Source: Candidatus Hermodarchaeota archaeon (GTDB taxonomy: Archaea; Asgardarchaeota; Heimdallarchaeia; Hodarchaeales; Hodarchaeaceae). Taken from it: a stretch of DNA of 27,412 bases. Numbering within the stretch: the stretch's first letter is position 1; each line of letters begins with the position of its first letter. The position numbers were made by a program, and so were the translations under genes. The stretch lies in the NCBI GenBank assembly GCA_048886185.1, contig JBHLKY010000035.1, positions 1 to 27,412 on the forward strand, written 5' to 3'. Positions 19,200-27,202 of the stretch are shown here, in pieces. The notes under the pieces are model-generated. The model had not been told where the DNA came from, searched no databases, and was given only the letters and a program-made list of their open reading frames with translations.

Positions 19200-20309
19200 A
19201 TGAATAAATTGTTAAAAGAAGCTAAAGAAATAGTAAAATATTTAGTTAATAAAATAGACGATATTGACTTAATTTATATATATGGAGGAATAGCTCAAGG
19301 AAGAGAACACCCACGATCTGATATTGAAATGGTTGCTGTTTCTCAAGAAAGATTAGTTCGATGGGAATTTATTTTGAATGATAGGCCTATTTTTATCTGG
19401 CCTTATAGTTGGGAACAGCTAGAACAAATCTCTACTGGAAGAAGTGGTTTCTGGAGCGTTGCTGGTGCTTCTATTGCACATAGTAAAATTCTATGGGCTA
19501 AATCTGCTGAAAAACATGCAAAGTTCATAGAAATTCAAAAAAAATCGATATTAGGTGCAGAATCTGCACTAAAGAGATCAATAAATTCATTTGATAAGTT
19601 ATATGGCAAGTTGTGGCGTATTCAAAAGGTTATTGAAACAGAAAGAAGAAAGGATACAACTTTTCTTATCTGGGATCTCGTGAAAGAAGTAGTGGATATT
19701 TTAGCTGCTCTTAACAGCAGATTTCTACTAAACAATTGGGGGCAACAAATACAAGAGATTAAAACATTTAATATAATTCCCTCCAATTTTTCTGAGAGAT
19801 ATTTGTCTCTAATTCAATCAGAACCTGAAGAAGCATTGAAAATTGCTTCTGATTTAGTTGATGATGTTAATATGCTTCTTAAGAATTTTATACTAGAGAA
19901 CCAAGTGTCATTTACCGAAGATTTGGTAGAAATCGTGACAGATTGGCCCACAGTTTTAGAATTTCTTAATAAGGCAATAACTGCGGAAGAGAACGGAGAT
20001 CTTTCTGCAGGTCTTTTCGCCTCAAGTGATAATGCATGGTTTAATCTTTGGGCGTTTACGACATTACGAAATATCAAATGGGACACTAGAAGCTTTTTTT
20101 CTGCCAGTGTAGAAATAAAAAGCTTACCAAACAATATTTCAAACAATTTAACTGTTTTACTGGAATCAAAAAATTTATCTGAAATTCAACAAGCAACTTT
20201 TCAACTATCAGAACAATTGCGAGTAGAATTAAAAAATGCAGGTTGCACATTGCCAGAATGTTTCTCCTTAGAGGAAGCTTTTAGATTTTTAAAGATTCAT
20301 TATAATTAA
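19200..20309 (+). CDS. Kanamycin-nucleotidyltransferase-like (Pol beta superfamily) protein with extended helical C-terminus
   Basis: IYIYGGIAQGREHPRSDIEMVAV resembles ANT(4')-Ia IGVYGSLGRQTDGPYSDIEMMCV as recalled; ATG at 19200 preferred (track TTG 19074). Confidence 0.72.
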   Translation: MNKLLKEAKEIVKYLVNKIDDIDLIYIYGGIAQGREHPRSDIEMVAVSQERLVRWEFILNDRPIFIWPYSWEQLEQISTGRSGFWSVAGASIAHSKILWAKSAEKHAKFIEIQKKSILGAESALKRSINSFDKLYGKLWRIQKVIETERRKDTTFLIWDLVKEVVDILAALNSRFLLNNWGQQIQEIKTFNIIPSNFSERYLSLIQSEPEEALKIASDLVDDVNMLLKNFILENQVSFTEDLVEIVTDWPTVLEFLNKAITAEENGDLSAGLFASSDNAWFNLWAFTTLRNIKWDTRSFFSASVEIKSLPNNISNNLTVLLESKNLSEIQQATFQLSEQLRVELKNAGCTLPECFSLEEAFRFLKIHYN

Positions 20310-20500
20310 TTCAGACAGAATTACACCCTAACTTCCTCCTTCTTTTCACACAGCTTCGTTCAGTATGTCTTCGTACTAATATATGGACCAAGTTGCAATA
20401 CTCCCTCAAGAACTAATTGTTATAATATGTTTGAGCGAGTTTGCTAGAAAATTGAAGCAGAAAGCGATAATAGATCGATTTCTTCGACAAAAAAAGCAGA

Positions 20501-21469
20501 CTAGATCTTTCTAGAAATTTCATAACTTTCATGTGAAGAAAGATAGATATGAAAGCTAAAGAAAAGCAGACTTAAGATTAAGATGAGAGGGAGTTCAAAC
20601 CAAATTTGATAGAGGGTTCCAAGAAAGAAAAAGATAAGGTGAAACCCTAGAAACGTGACACGAGGTATTATAGGTGCTGTGACCGTGTCATAAATCTCAT
20701 TGGTGAAAAAATCCTTCTTTTGATATTTCCAAGCAATTATTGGAATTAATATTCCAATTATCATTAATAAAATCGCTAAATATAATGTATTAAAATATAT
20801 AGCCTGATCCCAATCAGAATAGAAGCCAAAACCGAGTAATAAAATAGCTGTCTCTCTTATCATCTCTAGAGAAAAATATAACGGAATATAGCTTAGAAAT
20901 GGAGTAATTCCAAAGAAACAAGCCCCAATTTTTTTTGAGTTTGCCCAAAGACCCCTACCGTAACGAACAAAGTTTGAAAATATGAAAACAACCATCCACC
21001 ATCCGTAAAAATTTCCATAGGGAACTCCAAAGAAACTCACTTCGTCCAATGAAGTTGTTAACGGAACAAACCACGTCCAGAATCCCCCATCAAGACGAAT
21101 GGCTATAGCATCCATTGAAAGGTCTATTGTTAAAGCAAGGGTGGCATCCATGAATGGTCTTACATGATTGGAGAGGTTTTTACTGTCTGAAATTATCATT
21201 GATGAATAGATAATCAGTCCCCACGCCAAACCTATGCTTAATGGTATGTTCTGTGGAGGGATTCCGATTTGAAGGAGAAAAAGAACATTATAATGATATG
21301 TCTCAAAAAAAAGTACATTACAGAATTCCAAAGTTACACCAAAAATACTCGCCCCCCCGAGAGTAACCAGATCAAGCCAGCTTTTTCTTAAAAAAAGGGT
21401 TATAAAAACTCCAGTGGATGTAATAGTAACAAAGACTTCAAAGATAACGATGGCAAGCGGAAAAGACAT
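20501..21469 (-). CDS. CruF/DUF422-like carotenoid hydratase-family membrane protein
   Basis: IPLSIGLAW, DLSMDAIA...GFWTW and FFGVPYGNFYGWW motifs; multi-pass membrane protein. Confidence 0.75.
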   Translation of the reverse strand: MSFPLAIVIFEVFVTITSTGVFITLFLRKSWLDLVTLGGASIFGVTLEFCNVLFFETYHYNVLFLLQIGIPPQNIPLSIGLAWGLIIYSSMIISDSKNLSNHVRPFMDATLALTIDLSMDAIAIRLDGGFWTWFVPLTTSLDEVSFFGVPYGNFYGWWMVVFIFSNFVRYGRGLWANSKKIGACFFGITPFLSYIPLYFSLEMIRETAILLLGFGFYSDWDQAIYFNTLYLAILLMIIGILIPIIAWKYQKKDFFTNEIYDTVTAPIIPRVTFLGFHLIFFFLGTLYQIWFELPLILILSLLFFSFHIYLSSHESYEISRKI

Positions 21470-21684
21470 TAATATTGACTCTTAATAAAAATTATTAAAC
21501 TCTTTGCAGAACCCTTTTATTTCTAATGCCGTAAAATATTGGTTTAGATTACGAAAGTACAAACTCTGGTATATGCAAAGTGATAATACAGGTAGGTACA
21601 TTGATTTAAGAAAATTTAACCATGATAGACATTTGTACATAATCCCTTAACATAACTTATATAAAAAAATGATTAAAAAAGGCT

Positions 21685-21951
21685 GTGAAAAATCTCAAAG
21701 AACCTTTAAATGAGAGTATAACCGAGAAAAATCAGATAGCACGGCTAAAAACTCTACTTAGCGATGAAAAAATTTGCATGACCGTCTCAAGCATATGGTT
21801 TATTCTGATTTACTTAGCTTTGCCTTTCTTGGGATCAATTATTCAAGATCAAAATCTTCTATTAATTTTGATTACATTTTTTCCCTTTATGCATCTAATC
21901 ATTCCTTTAAGTGTAATTAAAATCATTTCGAATCAATTTCCATCACAATAA
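21685..21951 (+). CDS. Small 2-TM membrane protein, unknown function
   Basis: GTG start, charged N-terminus, two hydrophobic helices. Confidence 0.5.
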   Translation: MKNLKEPLNESITEKNQIARLKTLLSDEKICMTVSSIWFILIYLALPFLGSIIQDQNLLLILITFFPFMHLIIPLSVIKIISNQFPSQ

Positions 21952-21958
21952 GCTTCAG

Positions 21959-22120
21959 TCACGTCATTTTTTCATTTTTTCCATAAAGTATTAGTACGGG
22001 GCAATCTTGAGCTAATATAACATCTGAAATTTGATGATAAAAAGAGTGAAAGACTCCTTCATCAATCCATTAAAATGAAATGCTTCTGAAAAGAACTGGT
22101 ATTAACAATAGGACTTTCAT
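21959..22120 (-). pseudogene. Possible alpha/beta-hydrolase remnant
   Basis: MKVLLLIPVLFRSISF*WIDEGVFHSFYHQISDVILAQDCPVLILYGKNEKMT* with an internal TAA at 22070-22072; CPVLILYG resembles the hydrolase strand before the catalytic acid. Confidence 0.28.
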
Positions 22121-22234
22121 TTACTGATTACTCTATTTTAGTCATGGCAAAACTTTTCGAAAACAATGTATACATTACCACGTTTGATAGTTACTTTAAA
22201 GGACTCATTCCAAATAATGAATAACTAACAAAAT

Positions 22235-22375
22235 AGATGTGCAAAAACCAAGGTTCAACGACATCAGAACCATGATGAAAAAAGTGTGAATTCCCTCCTC
22301 ACTCTAACAAGTCACGGATTGAGGAAACTACTTGGAATAGAGCTGTTCGACTTCGGGTTGGGACAAGACATAGAG
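22235..22375 (+). repeat. Two-part dispersed element, copy 2
   Basis: L motif AGATGTGCAAAAACCAAGGTTCAACGACAT and R motif AGCTGTTCGACTTCGGGTTGGGACAAGACATAGAG; see matches to 12276-12412, 4107-4135 and 9321-9355. Confidence 0.7.
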
Positions 22376-22581
22376 AGCCGCGATACCAAAAATAGTGCCA
22401 AAGGGAAGAGGGTCAAGGCGGCAATGACCATAGTACCAATACGACTCGAATTTTGATACTGGAGAAGACGCTTACAACTAAGAATAACGACGAAAGCATA
22501 GACCAATACAACTAAAGCAATCCCAAAGAGGAAAACAGAGAGAAATGGGGTAAGACGATTAAGAATGGCAGGGCTATCCAT
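22312..22581 (-). CDS. Small 2-TM membrane protein whose last 21 residues are read from the antisense of the repeat element; possibly truncated
   Basis: Two TM helices, then LSMSCPNPKSNSSIPSSFLNP encoded by 22312-22377, which overlaps the R motif. Confidence 0.5.
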   Translation of the reverse strand: MDSPAILNRLTPFLSVFLFGIALVVLVYAFVVILSCKRLLQYQNSSRIGTMVIAALTLFPLALFLVSRLSMSCPNPKSNSSIPSSFLNP

Positions 22582-22708
22582 CTCAATCTCTAGCCAGTCA
22601 GAAATAAGAATATGAAAAGAAAAAGGTGAAAATTGAATATTGACTGTTTTTACTCTTTTTACTAAAAATGGTAAAGTATAAATAACCGTAAAATTACCCT
22701 AGCCAATC

Positions 22709-23185
22709 ATGTATTCCTTCGCTCGAAGAATTAAGTATCCCACAGACAAGCAGTTAATAATTTGGAAATTGAAGAGAGATCAATTGAACCAAAAAGAAAT
22801 TGCTGATAAAAGAGATGTGACAATCGGTTTCGTGAGTAAAAGCCTGTCTGAGGCCAATAGGAGAATTGAAGGATTACTTGAAAATGCAGCGAATGGAAAT
22901 AAGATATCTCTTAAAGTATTAAATGGAGAACTCGGGTATGCTCGTGGTAAAAGCCACATGTTTGATGTGAAGGCATACATTACTTTTTCACCAAAGAATG
23001 GGGTACAAGTCTGGTATGAAGACAAAGGAGATTGCATAAACTGCGGAAAATATGGTTATTGTCGTGAAGTAATTCAACAGGAGTTTGCAGAGCGAAATTT
23101 AAAATTGGAATCCCCATCTTTACAACCCACATTGCTCATTGAAAAATTAATCACGGAGATTGAAAAACGGTTGGAGGTAGAATAA
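22709..23185 (+). CDS. HTH DNA-binding protein with C-terminal Cys cluster (probable archaeal regulator)
   Basis: LNQKEIADKRDVTIGFVSKSLSEANRRI helix-turn-helix; GDCINCGKYGYC (CxxC-x5-C). Confidence 0.75.
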   Translation: MYSFARRIKYPTDKQLIIWKLKRDQLNQKEIADKRDVTIGFVSKSLSEANRRIEGLLENAANGNKISLKVLNGELGYARGKSHMFDVKAYITFSPKNGVQVWYEDKGDCINCGKYGYCREVIQQEFAERNLKLESPSLQPTLLIEKLITEIEKRLEVE

Positions 23186-23204
23186 CCTGACTCAGTACCA
23201 ACCT

Positions 23205-25766
23205 ATGTGTATGGATCCACCGAAACAAAAACGTTTAGTCATTAGTTATAAGGAACCCCTGATCCTCTTCGTCATTTTTTTGCTATTTCTGATCCCCCCA
23301 GTCGCCCCTCAGGAAGATACTACTCCTCTTATATTCTCAAATGCTTTCTATGAAGCGAACTATGATGGAATTGATCGTGTGAACGCTCTAGTCCAGACTA
23401 CAGATGGGGGGTTTGCTCTGGCAGGTAGTACCTATGGTGGTATGTGGTTGGTGAAAACCGACGCAAATGGAGTAATCCTTTGGAACAAAACTTATGGCGG
23501 ATCATACGCTTCCACTCTAGTCCAGACTACAGATGGGGGATTTGCCCTGGCAGGTATTGACAGCTACGAAATCTATTACAAAGCAAGATGGATATTGGTG
23601 AAAACCGATGAAAATGGTAACTTTCTTTGGAATCAGACTATTTTTGATAAACATGAAGCCAGAGAATGGAGGAATTGTCCTTCCGCATTGATCCAGACTA
23701 CAGGTGGAGGATTTGTTCTGGCGGGTACTACTCCATTTGTAGGACCTGACGCAAATGCAGATATATGGCTAGTCCAAACAGACGCAGATGGGTTAGTGCT
23801 TTGGAATCAAACGTATGGAGGACCATGGGTTGATGAAGCTTCCAGTCTAATTCAGACTGCAGATGGGGGGTTTGCAATCGCAGGAAAAACCTGTTTGTGT
23901 GGTGCTGCGGCCTGTGATATGTTGTTAGTGAAAACGGATGAGAATGGGGTTCCTTTATGGAATCAAACCTTTGAAGGACCAGAGGGGGATTATGCTTCCG
24001 ATCTAGTCCAAACTACGGACGGAGGATTCGCCTTTGTAGGAACTACTTGGTTAGATATGGTAGATGGTTTGGCAGACGTATGTTTGGTAAAAACTGACGC
24101 GAACGGAGTCATCCAATGGAACCGAACCTATGAGGAAACTGGAATTGTTCATGCTTCTTCCTTGGTACAAACACAAGATGGGGGATTTGCCCTCGCGGGT
24201 ACAAAGTACGGTTCTAACTCTGACATATGGGTGGCGAAAACTGAAACAAATGGGGAAATATTCTGGAGTCAGACTTATGGAGGAATATGGAATGAAGAGG
24301 CTTCTACTCTAATAGAGACTACAGACGGTGGACTTGCGTTCGCAGGAACCACTTCGTCATTTGGTGCTGGTGGGGTAGACATGTGGCTCGTAAAAACTAA
24401 TATGAATGGAGTAATAGAATGGCATACAGCGTATGGTGGTACAAAGACTGATGATCTTGATGCCACTAATTTGATTCAGACTCCGGACGGCGGATTTACG
24501 CTCGCAGGGGTAATCACTTCTTATGGTGTCGGTGGTCCTGCAGAGGACATATGTCTGGTAAAAACTGATACAAAAGGAACGATGACATTTATGAGGACTT
24601 ATGGAAAGAAAATGTATGATGAAACTTTCACCCTGATCCAGACATCAGATGGGGGATTTGCGCTTGCAGGAATCACCAGTTCATCTGCTATTGGTGGCGG
24701 GTATAGAACATGGATAAGCGACCCCCGGCCGTGGAAAGAAAACCCGACTGATGGAGAAATGTGGTTAATAAAAACTAATGCCAACGGGGTCGTTCAATGG
24801 AATCAGACTTATGGGAAAATAAATCCGTACGGTGACACTGCTCTCCTTCAGACGATAGATGGGGGATTTGCGCTTGTAGGCACCATCAAATCATCTGGTA
24901 CTGATAACGGGAGGATTTTGTTCTTAAAAGTAGACTCAGAAGGAAAAATATTATGCAACCAGACTTACAGAGACTTAGAGTATAATACTGTTTCTGTCCT
25001 AGTTCAAACAATAGATGGAGGGTTTGTTTTTATGGGAACCACGCAACAAGCTCCACTAGAGCCACCTGATGATCCTAGGGACATAATGTTGATGAAAATC
25101 GACGCGAACGGAACTGTACAGTGGAGTCAAACCTATGGAGAACTTGATGATGAGAGAACTCCCGTCCTAGTCCAAACCATTGAAGGAGAATTTCTCCTCG
25201 CAGGCGCCACTTATAGTGAAGATCCTTACCGTCAATGGTTTCTGAGGTTGACGAAAATCAACTCGACGGGTGTAGTATTATGGAGTCAGGATTATCGATT
25301 TCTTGAGTATCATTTTGTTTCGGCCCTAATCCAAACCGAAGACAGGGGATTTGCCCTCACTGGAGGTACTATTCCATGGGGTGATGGAAATCAGGACATT
25401 AGTTTGGTGAAGTTCAATGAAAATGGAGCTCCACTGTGGAGTCGAACCTATGAGGAAACTGGACAGGACCTTGGATCAGCCCTAGTTCAAACTGCAGATG
25501 GAGGATTTGCTATCGTTGGATCCACCACATCATATGGTGCAGGTGACTGGCGCATGTTGCTGGTAAAAACTGATGCGAGTGGATGGCCGATATGGATAAG
25601 GAGCTATGGAAAAGCTGGTAGCAAAAACTTGGGATCACTTGGGATAGAAAGCTCGAGATCACAATCGATTACAAATCATAGAACACCTGGGATGGAAGCT
25701 CTAACCACCTTTACAGTCATAATAGTCCTTATTTCGAAGATGACTAAACATAAAAGGAATAAGTGA
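23205..25766 (+). CDS. Secreted, C-terminally anchored surface protein with 14 beta-propeller-like repeats
   Basis: Signal-like N-terminus; 14 copies of L(V/I)QTxDGGFxxAG...D(M/I)WLVKTDxNG...WxxTYGG; tail RTPGMEALTTFTVIIVLISKMTKHKRNK. Confidence 0.85.
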   Translation: MCMDPPKQKRLVISYKEPLILFVIFLLFLIPPVAPQEDTTPLIFSNAFYEANYDGIDRVNALVQTTDGGFALAGSTYGGMWLVKTDANGVILWNKTYGGSYASTLVQTTDGGFALAGIDSYEIYYKARWILVKTDENGNFLWNQTIFDKHEAREWRNCPSALIQTTGGGFVLAGTTPFVGPDANADIWLVQTDADGLVLWNQTYGGPWVDEASSLIQTADGGFAIAGKTCLCGAAACDMLLVKTDENGVPLWNQTFEGPEGDYASDLVQTTDGGFAFVGTTWLDMVDGLADVCLVKTDANGVIQWNRTYEETGIVHASSLVQTQDGGFALAGTKYGSNSDIWVAKTETNGEIFWSQTYGGIWNEEASTLIETTDGGLAFAGTTSSFGAGGVDMWLVKTNMNGVIEWHTAYGGTKTDDLDATNLIQTPDGGFTLAGVITSYGVGGPAEDICLVKTDTKGTMTFMRTYGKKMYDETFTLIQTSDGGFALAGITSSSAIGGGYRTWISDPRPWKENPTDGEMWLIKTNANGVVQWNQTYGKINPYGDTALLQTIDGGFALVGTIKSSGTDNGRILFLKVDSEGKILCNQTYRDLEYNTVSVLVQTIDGGFVFMGTTQQAPLEPPDDPRDIMLMKIDANGTVQWSQTYGELDDERTPVLVQTIEGEFLLAGATYSEDPYRQWFLRLTKINSTGVVLWSQDYRFLEYHFVSALIQTEDRGFALTGGTIPWGDGNQDISLVKFNENGAPLWSRTYEETGQDLGSALVQTADGGFAIVGSTTSYGAGDWRMLLVKTDASGWPIWIRSYGKAGSKNLGSLGIESSRSQSITNHRTPGMEALTTFTVIIVLISKMTKHKRNK

Positions 25767-25785
25767 AGTATTTAAGGGATACAAG

Positions 25786-27129
25786 ATGAAAAATACATTT
25801 ACTACTAATACTATCAAAAGAATAGTTTATTTAGTATGTTTTATTGGATTAGTCCTCGGTTCCCAGAATTTGATTAATTTCACAGTAGCAGAACCGAGTG
25901 GAAATAACGCAAATACTATGTCAACAATAACGTTCAACACAGAATGGAATCAAATCTATGGAGGAAGTCACATTGAAATAGCTTTTTCGATGATCCAAAC
26001 AGCTGATGGGGGCTTTGCCCTAGCAGGATTTACTGAATCTTATGACGTTGGTCAAGGTGATTTCTGGTTAGTGAAAACCGATGCCAATGGGCAAGCGGAA
26101 TGGAATCAAACCTATGGTGGAAGTCTTCGTGAATGGGCTTTTTTTATGACCCAAACTACTGATGGCGGTTACGCACTAGTAGGGAATACAGCGGCCGGTA
26201 ATGGGGATATCTGGTTGGTAAAAACGGATTCAATGGGTCAACATTTATGGAACCAGACTTTCGGAGGAGCTGATTTTGAAGAGGCTAGATCAATTATCCA
26301 AACAGCTGATGGTGGATATGCTATTACAGGAAATACCCAGTCTTATGGCGCTGGTCTCATTGATTTATTGTTAATCAAAACGGATGTCAATGGGTCAATT
26401 GAGTGGAATCAAACGTACGGTGGAGCATTGGATGAAGGATTTAGTTCTAGATCAGTAATTCAAACAACAGATGCTGGTTATCTTATTGCTGGGAATACTG
26501 AGTCCTATGCAGAAGCTGGTGAGATCTGGTTAATAAAGACGGATATCAATGGGTCAGTCGAATGGGATAGGAATTATGTAGGAACACAAAAACCTACAGT
26601 GATCCAGACAACAGATGGTGGTTATGCTATTGGAGCTGGAGGATATGATTCCACAGTACAATTGATTAAAACAGATACCAGTGGGCAAGTAATATGGAAC
26701 CAAACCCTAAACGGACAATTGCAAACTGAATCTCCTCCAGTTGTTCAAACAGCGGATGGTGGATATGTTATAGGATCTGATGAAATATATTTAGTTAAAA
26801 CGGATGCTAATGGGCAAAAAGAATGGGAAAAAGAATTCGGTGGAGGTAACACTAGATCACTAGTACAAACAACAGATGGCGGATATGTTGTTGCAGGGAA
26901 TAATTACGGAATAAATGGAGGAGACATGTGGTTATTTAAGTTCAATATATCTGAAATAACACCAACAGCTACCACAACAACCACCAGTGTAAGTAAAGCA
27001 ACAACAACCACCAGTGAATCTGAAGCAACCACCGCCACCACAGCAGAAAGTAATCCAAGTTTTGGTCTGGAACTACTCATCTTAACTCTCTCTCTAGTTC
27101 TCTTCATTACGCGGAAACGAAGACGTTAA
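25786..27129 (+). CDS. Secreted surface protein with 7 beta-propeller-like repeats, Thr-rich linker and CTERM-like anchor
   Basis: Signal peptide; 7 QTxDGGY repeats; Thr-rich stalk; tail SNPSFGLELLILTLSLVLFITRKRRR. Confidence 0.88.
   Translation: MKNTFTTNTIKRIVYLVCFIGLVLGSQNLINFTVAEPSGNNANTMSTITFNTEWNQIYGGSHIEIAFSMIQTADGGFALAGFTESYDVGQGDFWLVKTDANGQAEWNQTYGGSLREWAFFMTQTTDGGYALVGNTAAGNGDIWLVKTDSMGQHLWNQTFGGADFEEARSIIQTADGGYAITGNTQSYGAGLIDLLLIKTDVNGSIEWNQTYGGALDEGFSSRSVIQTTDAGYLIAGNTESYAEAGEIWLIKTDINGSVEWDRNYVGTQKPTVIQTTDGGYAIGAGGYDSTVQLIKTDTSGQVIWNQTLNGQLQTESPPVVQTADGGYVIGSDEIYLVKTDANGQKEWEKEFGGGNTRSLVQTTDGGYVVAGNNYGINGGDMWLFKFNISEITPTATTTTTSVSKATTTTSESEATTATTAESNPSFGLELLILTLSLVLFITRKRRR
26968..27051 (+). 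repeat. Coding degenerate tandem repeat (about 27 nt) forming the Thr-rich linker
   Basis: ACAACAACCACCAGTG is identical at 26974-26989 and 27001-27016; protein ATTTTTSVSK/ATTTTSESE/ATTATTAES. Confidence 0.75.
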
Positions 27130-27202
27130 CTCGTTACCTTCCTATCACAAATATTTAGAGAAGAAAAGAAGGAAAAACTCCTTTATCGGAAATTATCTAG
27201 GT

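Noticed and set aside
22374-22390. GAGCCG as the start of group II intron domain V
   Set aside because: The following sequence does not form the domain V hairpin, and no intron-encoded protein is present.
2052-27107. Short track ORFs nested in or antisense to larger genes (2052, 3651, 5107, 7723, 9116, 10070, 11821, 14832, 14945, 16646, 17459, 17518, 19814, 22780, 24130, 24275, 24599, 26904)
   Set aside because: They overlap well-supported genes in other frames or on the opposite strand and have no motifs; treated as shadow ORFs.
23205-27129. Possible diversity-generating retroelement target
   Set aside because: No reverse transcriptase and no template/variable repeat pair with adenine-specific differences in the window.
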